A stretch of 64,000 nucleotides of DNA from a virus (taxonomy: Duplodnaviria; Caudoviricetes), in IMG/VR virus record IMGVR_UViG_3300046819_000361; one strand, 5' to 3'. Position 1 is the stretch's first letter. Each line of letters opens with the position of its first letter. Below the pieces are notes generated by a model, which saw nothing but the letters and a program-made list of their open reading frames with translations, was not told where the DNA came from and did no database searches. Positions 26,199-36,978 of this stretch are shown in pieces. Made by a program: the position numbers and the translations under genes.

Positions 26199-26498
26199 TT
26201 ATTCCTCTGCGATAGTTATTTGTAATGGGAACCCATTTTCACGGGCCATTTTAGTTGCTTCTACCGATTTAGTTTCTGCAATTTCGAAATCATAAAAACC
26301 AGCAATACCAGAACCACTTTCGTGTACTTGCATAGTAACAGTGGTTGCTGAATGGATTGTGTGATTAAAGATTTCAATCAACATTGCAATTACAAAATCA
26401 ATAGGTGTGTGATCGTCATTAAGCACAACGACTTTCCATCGTTTTGGTTCGGTAACTTTGACTGCAACATTTTCTTTGATTTTAATATCAGTAGACAT
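26199..26498 (-). CDS. clpS: ClpS N-end-rule adaptor
   Basis: VVLNDDHTPIDFV, VHESG, AETK, FPL. Confidence 0.9.
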   Translation of the reverse strand: MSTDIKIKENVAVKVTEPKRWKVVVLNDDHTPIDFVIAMLIEIFNHTIHSATTVTMQVHESGSGIAGFYDFEIAETKSVEATKMARENGFPLQITIAEE

Positions 26499-26542
26499 AT
26501 TTTAATTCCAGATAAGGTGGGGGAGGAAACTCCCCCTGGTTA

Positions 26543-26980
26543 TTATTTAATTTCGATTTTTCTTGGTTGTAACGTTTCAGGGATTATACGCTCAATTTTA
26601 ATTTTAAGCAACCCATCTTTTACCTCTGCTTCTCGAACTTCCATGAATTCTGCTAACGCATAAGTCTGTTCAAAATCACGTGATGCTAACCCACGGTGTA
26701 AATATTCCCAATCAGCTGATTCTACTTTATCACTGTGTGTTCCAGTAATTTTAAGAATATTTGATCCAGCTGAATGTGAACTATCAATCATAACAGAGAT
26801 ATCGTCTTTTGTAAAGCCTGATACTGCTAATTCGATACCATAGTTCAAATCATCATATTTTATAATATTATGTGGAGGATAACTTCCAGTATTGAAATTT
26901 ACACGTGAATTAAACAGGCTATCAAAGCCAATTAAAGTTTTAGCTAACACTGATGCGTCTATTGGTCTTAATGTTGTCAT
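26543..26980 (-). CDS. Small heat-shock protein (IbpA/Hsp20)
   Basis: YPPHNI, YLHRGLASRDF, DGLLKI. Confidence 0.92.
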   Translation of the reverse strand: MTTLRPIDASVLAKTLIGFDSLFNSRVNFNTGSYPPHNIIKYDDLNYGIELAVSGFTKDDISVMIDSSHSAGSNILKITGTHSDKVESADWEYLHRGLASRDFEQTYALAEFMEVREAEVKDGLLKIKIERIIPETLQPRKIEIK

Positions 26981-27040
26981 GCTTGTCTCCTTATTTAAGC
27001 AAGAAGCTCATAACACCCAATTTGGCATGTTATGAGCATA
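26981..27040 (-). promoter_or_regulatory. ROSE-like RNA thermometer
   Basis: Hairpin then UUCUUGCU..AAGGAGA anti-SD pairing. Confidence 0.6.
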
Positions 27041-27054
27041 TATCACACTTGTGA

Positions 27055-28947
27055 TTAAACCTCTTTGAATTCCGCATTCATGGAATCATCACCGCCTTCG
27101 GTTGTTGACGGATTATTTGCTTGTTCAGCTTCTTGTTTTTTTGCAAAAACCGGAGTGGCTGCTTCAAACAATTTTTGTATCGATTGTTGAATTTCTTCGA
27201 CATTATCGCCGCTATTGGCTTTTTCAAGATTTTCGACAGCTGATTGAAATGCTGATTTTTCTTCATCAGTTAATTGATCTTTTACTTCATCAAAGTCTTT
27301 TTGCAAAGAGTGACGTTGTGATTCTGCTTGATTACGTGCTTCAATCAACTCTTTTTGTTTTTTATCTGCATCGGCATTTTCTTCAGCATCTTTCACCATA
27401 CGTTGAATTTCTTCCTCGGTTAATCCTGAATCCGATTTAATGGTGATGTTATTCTTCTTACCAGTGCCCTTATCCGCTGCTGAAATGTGCATAATACCAT
27501 TTGCATCAATATCAAAAGTTACTTCGATTTGTGGAATACCGCGTGGTGCAGGTGGAATCCCATCTAAATTAAATTCACCCAACTGTTTGTTATATCTATA
27601 TAAATCACGTTCACCTTGCCCAACTTTAATAGTTACGGCTGGCTGGTTATCATCCGCTGTTGAGAATGTTTGACTCGCTTTAGTTGGGATTGTAGTATTC
27701 TTTTGAATCAATTTGGTAAAAACCCCACCCATTGTTTCAATACCAAGTGACAACGGTGTTACATCTAGTAACAATACATCGGTTTTATCACCTGCTAATA
27801 CTGCGCCTTGAATTGCTGCACCGGCTGCCACTGCTTCGTCTGGATTGATATCTTTACGTGGTGTTTTGCCGAACAATTTTTCAACTGCTTCCTGTACTTT
27901 TGGCATTCTAGTTTGACCGCCAACGAGAATTACTTCATCGATATCACTATTACTAACGCCTGCATCTTTTAATGCGATTAAACATGGTTGTAATGATCGT
28001 TGAATCAAATCATCAACAATTGATTCAAATTTTGCACGAGTTAATTTAACGTTTAAGTGTTTTGGACCAGATGCGTCTGCAGTGATATATGGTAGATTTA
28101 CATCGGTTTGTTCTGATGATGACAGCTCAATTTTAGCTTTTTCAGCACTTTCTTTCAATCGTTGTAAAGCTAATGTATCATTTTTCAAGTTGATACCGGA
28201 ATCTTTTTCAAACTCAGTGACTAAAAATTCCATTAAGCGTTGATCAAAATCTTCACCACCTAAAAATGTATCACCATTGGTTGATAATACTTCAATTTGT
28301 TTCTCACCATCGATATTTGCAATCTCGATAATTGAAATATCAAATGTACCACCGCCAAGATCATAAACAGCTACTTTGCGATCTTTATTATCGGCTTTAT
28401 CAACACCGTATGCTAAAGCAGCGGCTGTTGGCTCGTTGATAATACGTAACACTTCAAGACCAGCAATTCTGCCAGCGTCTTTGGTAGCTTGTCGTTGCGA
28501 ATCGTTAAAGTACGCTGGGACTGTAATTACCGCTTGTGATACTTCATGTCCGAGGTAATCTTCTGCAGTTTTCTTCATTTTACGAAGAACCTCTGCTGAA
28601 ATTTGTGGAGGAGCTAATCGCTCACCATTTGCTTCAACCCAAGCGTCGCCATTTTCGGCTTTGATGATTGAATACGGCATTAAGTCGATGTCTTTTTGTA
28701 CTGCTTCTTCTTCGAATTTTCTTCCGATCAATCGTTTTGCAGCATAAATTGTATTTTTTGGATTTGTGACAGATTGGCGTTTTGCTGCAGCACCGACTAA
28801 TACTTCATTATCAGTATATGCAATAATTGACGGGGTTGTGCGAGTGCCTTCTGAATTTTCGATAACTTTGGCAGATCCATTTTCAAGAATTGCCACACAA
28901 GAATTTGTGGTACCCAAATCGATACCGATGATTGATGTTTTACTCAT
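27055..28947 (-). CDS. dnaK: Chaperone DnaK (Hsp70)
   Basis: [35 protein letters not shown]. Confidence 0.97.
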   Translation of the reverse strand: MSKTSIIGIDLGTTNSCVAILENGSAKVIENSEGTRTTPSIIAYTDNEVLVGAAAKRQSVTNPKNTIYAAKRLIGRKFEEEAVQKDIDLMPYSIIKAENGDAWVEANGERLAPPQISAEVLRKMKKTAEDYLGHEVSQAVITVPAYFNDSQRQATKDAGRIAGLEVLRIINEPTAAALAYGVDKADNKDRKVAVYDLGGGTFDISIIEIANIDGEKQIEVLSTNGDTFLGGEDFDQRLMEFLVTEFEKDSGINLKNDTLALQRLKESAEKAKIELSSSEQTDVNLPYITADASGPKHLNVKLTRAKFESIVDDLIQRSLQPCLIALKDAGVSNSDIDEVILVGGQTRMPKVQEAVEKLFGKTPRKDINPDEAVAAGAAIQGAVLAGDKTDVLLLDVTPLSLGIETMGGVFTKLIQKNTTIPTKASQTFSTADDNQPAVTIKVGQGERDLYRYNKQLGEFNLDGIPPAPRGIPQIEVTFDIDANGIMHISAADKGTGKKNNITIKSDSGLTEEEIQRMVKDAEENADADKKQKELIEARNQAESQRHSLQKDFDEVKDQLTDEEKSAFQSAVENLEKANSGDNVEEIQQSIQKLFEAATPVFAKKQEAEQANNPSTTEGGDDSMNAEFKEV

Positions 28948-29006
28948 TGTTAAGTTCTCCTATTGTTAAGCAAGAATAAGGGTAGACCCATATGGCATCT
29001 ACTCAT
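28948..29006 (-). promoter_or_regulatory. ROSE-like RNA thermometer
   Basis: GUAGA/UCUAC hairpin then UUCUUGCU..AGGAGA. Confidence 0.55.
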
Positions 29007-29042
29007 TTATTTATCATATTATACATATGAATTACTTTTTTG

Positions 29043-32000
29043 TCAAGCAATTTTTAATACCGGCATTGGAATATACTGCAGATACTTTTTACTATTGCTT
29101 GCATTCACTGTTTTTACATTCGCCACTAGTTTAATGATTTCATCTGATTCGAGATAATTTTTCATTACTAGCGCATTCTCCTCAGAATCTAACTTAAGGC
29201 AATTAACACTGCCACTTAAATGAGTGCCTGGTTCTGCGATTATTAGTTTACCGAGTTTTCCTGTGGATTCAGTTGAATTGAATACAACCCGCCAGAAATT
29301 GGATGTGTCATCATTAATTCTGTTTATCAGGTCTTCATCGTTAGTGTATCTTATTTTCCCGGTAGTAACAACCATTTTGTACTTCCCATTATCTAATAGT
29401 TCAGATTCAAATTGATTTCTATCAAGTGACCCTGGTTGGACTCTCATAATCGAACCAATATTATTGGCTGGTACTTCATATGAATGATTATAAAATTTAT
29501 CATTAACGTCTGAAACGGTAGTTGATCTATCAAAATAAAATGCACATGGATTAGAGGATATATTTGTGAAGTATTCTTTACATGAATCTATTTCATATAA
29601 TCCTTTTTCAATATACTCTTTTTTGGATTTACTAGAATAGGTTTTCCCACCATATGGCATAATAGATACAACAAAGGTATCTGCGATAGTTAATGCCAAT
29701 TGTGTGCATTTTTTTGCAAGATTATCACCTTGGCCTCGGTGTTTATAGCCATCTCTGCTTGTATCATCTGCGTTGAATGGTGGGTTAGTTAGAATTACAT
29801 TGACCTGTTCTATAGTTGGGGCATTGATAAAATCATAGTTAGTGATATTTTTTTCTGGAATATTTAAACTCAACTTTTGATTCATAACACAGAAAAATTC
29901 ATGCCACTCACCATCGATATCATTGTAAAACACTTTGGTTGGATCGATATCTTGCCCAAATTCCTTTGCAATTTTGAATAATTCTAGTAAAAACCCGCCT
30001 CTTCCAGCACATGGGTCATAAAATGATAGCTCATTTAATGACAGCCCATTAGCAATCAATTTGGAAAGTGTATTAGTTATAACTTCTCTGATTAAATCGT
30101 TTGATTCGGCTATAAAACTAATTTCTGATCTATGTATTGGATCTTCAAATAATTCTAGAAGTTTTTCACTATCATGTTTGCTATCATTTAATTTCTGAAT
30201 CCATCTATTGGTATATGCAATATCAATTTCTGAATTATCTGACATCACAATTGGGAAATACTCAACGCCTTTCCCAACAAATTTCAAGATTTGATGATTA
30301 TTAGACTGTAATGCTTCTTCAACTAAATCTACACATTCTTTTACTGTTTGGGTATTATGGATAAATGCAAAAAGACGACATTTTGCAACAAATTTTAACT
30401 TCATATTGTTCCAATTAAGTTTTCGATCATTAGGTGAATCAAATGGAATTCCTTGTTGAATACATGCAGTTTCTCGTTGCTTATTCTTTGCATCTGGGTT
30501 TCCATTATCCACTAACTGCTCAACTTGACCCTCCGCTGATACTGCATTATGAAATTTATATTCAAAATCTACAGGTGCATCGGTAATTTTAATACATTGA
30601 TTAACACCATACGCACCTTTTGCACTACACTGTTCAATTATTTCAGCAAAATTTGGAATATCAATAGCCGTCCATTCGCCATTTCTGGCAGTGAAATAAT
30701 TATAATTCGCGATGATTTCATCAATAATATGACGAGTACTTGCATCTTTATCCCGATCAATAGCTAATTTTTCTTCAATATTAACCATGATTGCCATTGA
30801 TGCTTCCAAATCGCCGATGAATACGCCGCAATTGGTCTTGCCATCACTAACTCTGCCAATCCTACCAGTAGCTTGTTCAAAAAATTTGATACTATCACCG
30901 AGATTGCGAAGAAATACGAATGTTCCTAATTCTGGGATATTAGCACCAGTGCAATCTCTGATACATGTCAAGGTTAATGTACTACCTACTGACTCTGCAA
31001 TATCATTTTTACGTTGTCCCAAGTTATCTTCATACGCATCAAAAATGGTACCTTGAAAAACCCCATGGTATATTAAAAGAGATTTTAATGCACTGATATA
31101 TACTTTAGCACTGGCTGATTTACTACCAGTTGGTAATGCTACCATGATATGTTGTTTGGCTTTTTCACATAATTCTGGTGCATTGAAGATACTCAAGCGA
31201 TCACCATTTTCATCAAACGCATTACTCCCAAACATTCTGGTAAATAGCCATAAAATTGTTTTTTCATATTTGAACTTGTTTGATTTCGCACTAAACGTGA
31301 ATAGTTTTTGCCAGGTAAAACCTTCATTATCAGATTGCCAATTATCATCAGTTTTAAGACGTGCTGTAATTTCTTTTACATCAATGCCATAAAAATTGAA
31401 ATCTGGGTAGTTTATGAAATCACTATTGGGATTTATTCGTTTGTCTTTATACAAATCGTTGCGTGTGAATAAAGAGTATTCGGCACTAGTGAAATGTTCA
31501 GCAGCTGTTTTTCCATAGATAAAATCATAAGGAGTACCAGTAACAAATAATTTGAAACATTCTGGAAATGCACTATTTAATTGTTTCCACATTATATTAT
31601 TGGAGTTACTTAACATTTGATGTGCTTCGCCTATACTAAACGTGCCAATGCGTTCAGACAATCCTGAGTACCTAGAATGTAACAAACTACCCGATTTTTT
31701 TGCAATATCATGATAACTTCCAAATAATACTGGTACTATACCATCGTCATGATAATTCGGAATATCTGATATATTATCAATAATGGTGGCTTTTGCTCGA
31801 ACCATTTGTCGGGTTGCATAATTACAGTTATTGATGTAAGAATCATACCATTGTCGTGTTAAATAAATTTTTATTAATGAAAAGTCGATAAATCCGTAAT
31901 TACCTACATTGATGCCTGATACCGATGATAATTCATTGAGTAATTCACTTATAGTGCTAGGAATTGTAGCTACAGCCACATTCACTTTATCATTTGCAAA

Positions 32001-32666
32001 ATTTTTAATCTTGTGGATTTGGATTAATAATGCTAACGTTGACGTTTCCTTTCCAGCACCGGTTGCTGCTGCTAACAGATGTTTATCAGTATTAATTATT
32101 TTGTCAAAACTATCCACTAGATAATCACGTGCAGTGTATGTTTTTAATGTGGGTGTATATAATCCATTTTTGATCATTTCATGCGCTATATCCCACTCAA
32201 TGACTATATCAGTTCTCCAATTTGGATTTGAAGTAATATATGATTCTGGTACTGGGTGTAATTCTAAACTACGGCCTGCCATGTCATTGATGTAATACTT
32301 TTTCTTAATTGGCATTAAGTCTCGAATTTCATTATCATAACCTTTTCTGCAATTAATGTCGTCGTCTTGGATATTTGGATCGTAGTTTGGATCAACTGAA
32401 ATTGCATGTTCAGTCATATCCCACACACCTAATAAGTTCTTTTCTACAGTTAAACTACCTCTACACTTACCAACCGATTCGTCGAGTGCGTATTTGATAA
32501 CCTCATCGCGTGTAAATCCACGGTGATCTCCGTATTTAACGAAGACTTCATCATCTATTTTGATAATTAGTGCATAAGTCCATAATTTTTTTAGACCTGT
32601 AGATAATACGTATTGTTTAATTTTTGCTTGTTTCATTGCCTCTTCCGTGTGCCTTAATCTTTCCAT
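29043..32666 (-). CDS. SF2 helicase-like plus N6-adenine methyltransferase fusion (type ISP/IIG R-M-like)
   Basis: AATGAGKET, IGEAH, VTGTP, QATGRIGR; DPCAGRGGF, NPPF. Confidence 0.78.
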   Translation of the reverse strand: MERLRHTEEAMKQAKIKQYVLSTGLKKLWTYALIIKIDDEVFVKYGDHRGFTRDEVIKYALDESVGKCRGSLTVEKNLLGVWDMTEHAISVDPNYDPNIQDDDINCRKGYDNEIRDLMPIKKKYYINDMAGRSLELHPVPESYITSNPNWRTDIVIEWDIAHEMIKNGLYTPTLKTYTARDYLVDSFDKIINTDKHLLAAATGAGKETSTLALLIQIHKIKNFANDKVNVAVATIPSTISELLNELSSVSGINVGNYGFIDFSLIKIYLTRQWYDSYINNCNYATRQMVRAKATIIDNISDIPNYHDDGIVPVLFGSYHDIAKKSGSLLHSRYSGLSERIGTFSIGEAHQMLSNSNNIMWKQLNSAFPECFKLFVTGTPYDFIYGKTAAEHFTSAEYSLFTRNDLYKDKRINPNSDFINYPDFNFYGIDVKEITARLKTDDNWQSDNEGFTWQKLFTFSAKSNKFKYEKTILWLFTRMFGSNAFDENGDRLSIFNAPELCEKAKQHIMVALPTGSKSASAKVYISALKSLLIYHGVFQGTIFDAYEDNLGQRKNDIAESVGSTLTLTCIRDCTGANIPELGTFVFLRNLGDSIKFFEQATGRIGRVSDGKTNCGVFIGDLEASMAIMVNIEEKLAIDRDKDASTRHIIDEIIANYNYFTARNGEWTAIDIPNFAEIIEQCSAKGAYGVNQCIKITDAPVDFEYKFHNAVSAEGQVEQLVDNGNPDAKNKQRETACIQQGIPFDSPNDRKLNWNNMKLKFVAKCRLFAFIHNTQTVKECVDLVEEALQSNNHQILKFVGKGVEYFPIVMSDNSEIDIAYTNRWIQKLNDSKHDSEKLLELFEDPIHRSEISFIAESNDLIREVITNTLSKLIANGLSLNELSFYDPCAGRGGFLLELFKIAKEFGQDIDPTKVFYNDIDGEWHEFFCVMNQKLSLNIPEKNITNYDFINAPTIEQVNVILTNPPFNADDTSRDGYKHRGQGDNLAKKCTQLALTIADTFVVSIMPYGGKTYSSKSKKEYIEKGLYEIDSCKEYFTNISSNPCAFYFDRSTTVSDVNDKFYNHSYEVPANNIGSIMRVQPGSLDRNQFESELLDNGKYKMVVTTGKIRYTNDEDLINRINDDTSNFWRVVFNSTESTGKLGKLIIAEPGTHLSGSVNCLKLDSEENALVMKNYLESDEIIKLVANVKTVNASNSKKYLQYIPMPVLKIA

Positions 32667-32724
32667 AAATCGGAATCCATTTCCGATGAGCCTATTTTAT
32701 AACATGAAATTTATTTTGTCAACT

Positions 32725-32750
32725 AAAAGGGGGAATTAAATTCCCCCTTT
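32725..32750. terminator. Bidirectional intrinsic terminator
   Basis: aaaagggggaatt/aattccccctttt. Confidence 0.7.
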
Positions 32751-32752
32751 TG

Positions 32753-32983
32753 TTATCTTTTTTTAGGTAATGCTTCTTTTTGAAGTTTTTTCTTTAATCG
32801 TGCCTTTGCTGCGCCTTTAGCCCGTTTGCGTTCAGTAGTTGGTTTCTCGTAATATTCTTTGGCACGTAGGTCTTCTAATTTGCCTGATTCTTCTACTTTC
32901 TTTTTAAATTTGCGAAGAGCCTGGTTGATATTATCGGTTTCCTTTATAATAACGCCTGTTCTAGTCTTCCTGTTGATCATCAT
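32753..32983 (-). CDS. rpsU: Ribosomal protein bS21
   Basis: ALRKFKKKVE..G, YYEKPTTERKR. Confidence 0.88.
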   Translation of the reverse strand: MMINRKTRTGVIIKETDNINQALRKFKKKVEESGKLEDLRAKEYYEKPTTERKRAKGAAKARLKKKLQKEALPKKR

Positions 32984-33389
32984 AATCGTCATCTTCTCCT
33001 TCATTGATGTCATTGTTTAATTCTTCTGCTACCCAATCCAAGTTATAAATCCTATTTTTTGAAATTAAGTTATATGGTGTTAGTTCATCCGATGTAATAT
33101 AAAAAACATTTGGTTGTGCTAACAAATACGAAACAAAGGATTTTGTCAATTGATTACAGGTATCAACGTCGATAATTATTACATCAACGATATGTGCTAC
33201 ACTTAATAACCAATCAATATCTGATTCATCTTGTTCATAAATAAACACATTTAAATCATCAATACTGTTGCTCAGGATAGATTGGAATTGCTGTTTAACG
33301 TGCATCGATGGACTTACCAACAAGTAGCTTACGTTAATATTGAAAATTTTATCTGGTGGGGTAACTATTGTAATTCTACCTAAATTCAT
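32961..33389 (-). CDS. Hypothetical protein
   Basis: ORF with SD, acidic tail. Confidence 0.7.
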   Translation of the reverse strand: MNLGRITIVTPPDKIFNINVSYLLVSPSMHVKQQFQSILSNSIDDLNVFIYEQDESDIDWLLSVAHIVDVIIIDVDTCNQLTKSFVSYLLAQPNVFYITSDELTPYNLISKNRIYNLDWVAEELNNDINEGEDDDYDDQQED

Positions 33390-33461
33390 TTTACCTTCTA
33401 TAGAAAATTATCACTAGAAGTTAATTCTAGTGATGTATTAATTGTATTTATATCGCCAACA

Positions 33462-33920
33462 CTATTTCATTAAACTTAATGAAACTTTTTCGACACCGCC
33501 TATATTTAATGCCACTGCTGCGCCTTTTGAAAGATCCATGATTCTATTTTTAAACCACGGACCCCTATCTGTTATTCTAACAACTACTGATTTATTATTT
33601 TTCAGATTGGTCACCTTTACTTTACTTTGTAATGGATAGGTACGGTGTGCTGCTGTCATTGCATATTGGTTATAAATTTCACCGGATGCCGTAGGTCTGC
33701 CATGGAATTTACTTCCATAGAAAGATGCTAATCCAATGTTTTTAGAAGGTTTTTTAACCTGAACTTTCTTATTCTTGACTGCTGTCTTTTTCACAGCTTT
33801 TTTCACAGAGGTGTGATTAACTTTTTTAGCAGTAGATTGGTGAGCAATGTGCCCTTTTGCTTCTACTGCAGACGAACATAAACTAATCATTAAGATTAGT
33901 GATAAAAGTGAATATTTCAT
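33462..33920 (-). CDS. rlpA: RlpA-family lytic transglycosylase (DPBB)
   Basis: GLASFYG, TASGE, TAAHRT, DRGP, DLS; start MKYSLL with GGAGA SD. Confidence 0.88.
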   Translation of the reverse strand: MKYSLLSLILMISLCSSAVEAKGHIAHQSTAKKVNHTSVKKAVKKTAVKNKKVQVKKPSKNIGLASFYGSKFHGRPTASGEIYNQYAMTAAHRTYPLQSKVKVTNLKNNKSVVVRITDRGPWFKNRIMDLSKGAAVALNIGGVEKVSLSLMK

Positions 33921-33929
33921 TTTTTCTCC

Positions 33930-34150
33930 TTTCACTTGGTGTATCCTACAATAGCGATACATTACATTAAGGGAGATAACTGCCAAGGATTTAAACCCTG
34001 TGTCACTGGCGTTTTCTCCATCAGTCATAATATCTGTCACATATTATGCCTTTGGCGAGTATGGCTTCCCGACGTTCGGGTTTCTTATTGGCCAAGACTC
34101 GCGGGATTGATACAACTTAAATTCAACCCAACTATCTTATTTCGTTAGAA
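33930..34150 (-). promoter_or_regulatory. Structured 5' leader of rlpA
   Basis: Multiple stems (GCGAGU/ACUCGC, CCCGA/UCGGG, CAUAAUAU/AUAUUAUG, GGAGA/UCUCC). Confidence 0.45.
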
Positions 34151-34217
34151 ACTTAATTTTGATACTATGTATTTAGCTTTAACTTGCTAGTCATTTTACT
34201 ATTATTGCATACAAATG

Positions 34218-34436
34218 TCAACCCCATGCAATAGTGAACTCATCGATTTTTGTGAGTTGATCTGGTTCAAATTTATCAGAACTGAATTTTAACATGGCAA
34301 TAAGGGTAGACATTTCCGAATCAGATGTTTCAACGGATTGGATAGATACCCAATTACTATTAAATTTTAAGTATTTGGGCATCTGATCAACCAATTCCAC
34401 ATCAAGTTCGAATGGAGTGTTTATTAAGAGTTTCAT
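34218..34436 (-). CDS. Hypothetical protein
   Basis: ORF only. Confidence 0.5.
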   Translation of the reverse strand: MKLLINTPFELDVELVDQMPKYLKFNSNWVSIQSVETSDSEMSTLIAMLKFSSDKFEPDQLTKIDEFTIAWG

Positions 34437-34484
34437 ATGAATTCCATCTATGATAAAGTATTTACCTTATTCATAGATTGAATT

Positions 34485-34856
34485 TTATACTACTTTATGC
34501 ACGATAAATGCGGTTTTCACACCGTTAAACTGTAATGTTCTTGGGTCAAACGTTAACTTAAGGACATGGTAGTTTGCTCTTAATCGTTGTTTGATAGAAT
34601 CAAAGATTTCTTTGGATGATTTTGATCTGCCAGACAATTGGTCGGCCAGTCGCTTCACATCTTCTTTGTATAACAAGATTGATGAATTGTCATTTACATT
34701 TGCATCAAGTTGTGCAAACAGCTCATTGATTTTTTCAGATCTCTTATCGCTTTCTAACCGGAATTCGTTATCAGTGTATTGAATGCCAGCTGTTTTTCCT
34801 TTGTTGAGGTTGATTGGAGTTACTAATACTACTGGTAATGACGCTATTTTAGCCAT
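34485..34856 (-). CDS. Hypothetical protein
   Basis: Start MAKIAS with AGGA SD; longer call overlaps the PAAR gene. Confidence 0.6.
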   Translation of the reverse strand: MAKIASLPVVLVTPINLNKGKTAGIQYTDNEFRLESDKRSEKINELFAQLDANVNDNSSILLYKEDVKRLADQLSGRSKSSKEIFDSIKQRLRANYHVLKLTFDPRTLQFNGVKTAFIVHKVV

Positions 34857-34911
34857 GGTTTTTCCTGTAAAATAAAAAGAAAGGCTACTATAACCTAAAA
34901 TTGAATAAATG

Positions 34912-35202
34912 TCAATTAGCGAATACAGTTGGACTACCGGTTTCTGCGTAAGTTGGTTCCCACGTACCATGACCTGTTGTTGCATCTCCTTTTCTATGGA
35001 CTGGTTTATTATTGATGAACACTGATGATGACCCATCTTTTGCAACATCACCGCATGTTAATGTATCACCTACTCTGACTGCTGATTCGTTATTTACAAA
35101 TACATTAGGGCTACCAATTGCGTAAAACGTTTTGTGATATGGCGCACCTGGTCCAGAATGACCATGATGATTGTCAACATTTTTTCTTACAATTTCTGGC
35201 AT
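34912..35202 (-). CDS. PAAR-repeat spike-tip protein (gp5.4-like)
   Basis: GSPNVFVNN..AVRVGD, CGD, GSSSVFINNKPVHRKGD. Confidence 0.88.
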   Translation of the reverse strand: MPEIVRKNVDNHHGHSGPGAPYHKTFYAIGSPNVFVNNESAVRVGDTLTCGDVAKDGSSSVFINNKPVHRKGDATTGHGTWEPTYAETGSPTVFAN

Positions 35203-35705
35203 AATTTATCCAATTCTGTTTTGTAGTTATCGAAAGAAGTGTTTATCGCTTCTTCTGTTTCGGCGTTTTGAATTTCTAAAGTATATTGATTAGACAAATC
35301 TCTAACTGCGTTGATAAATGTTCGCATTGTTTGGTACTCTGTTGAGTCTTTACCGTAATCTGCTTCGATGTTTAGTTGTCGATAGATTGGGTAAGTTGTG
35401 TCAATGTTATGATATGCATATTCGTTGATTGATTGTTTTTTTTCAAGTTTAAAATTATTGAATAGATACTCAGAAAAAACCCAAGATTCGTCTTCTAATG
35501 AGAAAATAAAAAACCGATTTGTTTTAAGAGGTAGTTTATAAATATTATCATTTTTATAATAGGAATTGATTAACTTATCAGTATTATCCACTTCTACATC
35601 TACAAAAAACCCAAAATAAGAGTTTTTAGATGTTGTGGGGTAATTTGTTTGATTATAGGAAATTATTATTCCGGTATTTTTGTCTATTTCTATTTGATAT
35701 TTCAT
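35187..35705 (-). CDS. Tail fibre assembly-like protein
   Basis: Position after fibre genes; YP.YRQLN motif. Confidence 0.5.
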   Translation of the reverse strand: MKYQIEIDKNTGIIISYNQTNYPTTSKNSYFGFFVDVEVDNTDKLINSYYKNDNIYKLPLKTNRFFIFSLEDESWVFSEYLFNNFKLEKKQSINEYAYHNIDTTYPIYRQLNIEADYGKDSTEYQTMRTFINAVRDLSNQYTLEIQNAETEEAINTSFDNYKTELDKLCQKL

Positions 35706-36613
35706 ATTACTTTTATAAATTGATATGTTCCAGTATTAACAGGTGGTACGTCGCTATCAGATGTATACCCAGATTCATAATACTGTATATAAGGACCTGA
35801 GTATGCTGAATTTGGTATTCCATTTATATCCAATAAATCGATATATCCAGTGGTCAATGAAGTCCAAACGACTGCATTAGTAAAATGGTGATGTATTGTA
35901 GAATTCGTTCTTTTTTTCCGGCCAAAATACTTTAAATTAGAAGCATCGATAAACATCGATGTGCCAACCGATGAAAAACTAGATAAGTCAAAACTAGCCG
36001 CTGCATAATTGGTGTAAGTGCTTGATATAATTGATACTGTTGTAGGAATTCTCAACGAAGATGTATAACACATTTGTCCATCATTATTATATACATTTAA
36101 ACCATGACCAGATGTTACATCTGGTAAATGATCGACCACTGAGCATATAATAAACTCTATTTGTATGTTTAAATTTTCATAGTACATTGTAGTTGTCAGG
36201 TTCGCCCAATCACTGTTTATTGTCCTCCTTCCAAGAAGAGCTGAGGGTTTAGGAGTATGTAGTTTTGCTATTAGTAAATAACATTTGTATCCATTAACAT
36301 ACTGGGGAGAGCTGAGAACATCTAGTGCACCATTCCAACGGACTGGCCAATCTTGTGGGCAATATGCAGTAATAGCAACAGATGGATCTGGTGTTACAGG
36401 TCTAATAAATAACTGATGTCCAAGTGGGACATTAAGAACAGCAACACCTGATTCTGTCTTGGATGTACCATAAAATCCACCACTAGCACCATATATATAG
36501 TTAAATTGGGAGTTGGTGTTCACTACCCCTCTAGAAACAATTTGATATGTTTTGTAGTTACTGGAAATCTGAATATTATTGAAATCGTTTACTATATTTA
36601 ATCCATATTCCAT
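35702..36613 (-). CDS. Tail-tip accessory protein
   Basis: YGL.I.N and HGLNVYN..G repeats typical of genes after J-like tail tips. Confidence 0.55.
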   Translation of the reverse strand: MEYGLNIVNDFNNIQISSNYKTYQIVSRGVVNTNSQFNYIYGASGGFYGTSKTESGVAVLNVPLGHQLFIRPVTPDPSVAITAYCPQDWPVRWNGALDVLSSPQYVNGYKCYLLIAKLHTPKPSALLGRRTINSDWANLTTTMYYENLNIQIEFIICSVVDHLPDVTSGHGLNVYNNDGQMCYTSSLRIPTTVSIISSTYTNYAAASFDLSSFSSVGTSMFIDASNLKYFGRKKRTNSTIHHHFTNAVVWTSLTTGYIDLLDINGIPNSAYSGPYIQYYESGYTSDSDVPPVNTGTYQFIKVI

Positions 36614-36614
36614 A

Positions 36615-36977
36615 TCAATACCTACAGATGTAGAATGTTGGGTCTGCCCCGATGTTATATATATACTCTATATATGTATATAGCGAATAATCATATGTAT
36701 ATGGTATTGTCCATAATACTGCGGTTATATAACCATTATAAATTTTATATTTAATATTTCCATTTGTATTACATATATGGAAGGTTCCATCTGCTAATAT
36801 ATAATCAATTGGGATAGTCAGTGTAAGAGGTGGTGGGTATGTATAAGGAGCAACTGAAAATGGTTGTGTACTTACATACGAACTTATACTATACACACCA
36901 TAAAGATTTGCGTGCCTGCTACTAAAATCAATCTCCACATTCCCACTACTATCAAAAACCTGTAATCCGTATGCCAC
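36615..36977 (-). CDS. Tail-tip accessory protein
   Basis: MAYGLQVFDSSG N-terminus. Confidence 0.55.
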   Translation of the reverse strand: MAYGLQVFDSSGNVEIDFSSRHANLYGVYSISSYVSTQPFSVAPYTYPPPLTLTIPIDYILADGTFHICNTNGNIKYKIYNGYITAVLWTIPYTYDYSLYTYIEYIYNIGADPTFYICRY

Positions 36978-36978
36978 A

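Noticed and set aside
27078-28969. Antisense and alternative-frame ORFs within dnaK (and likewise within tail, cyclase and nrd genes)
   Set aside because: Shadows of strongly supported genes with biased codon usage
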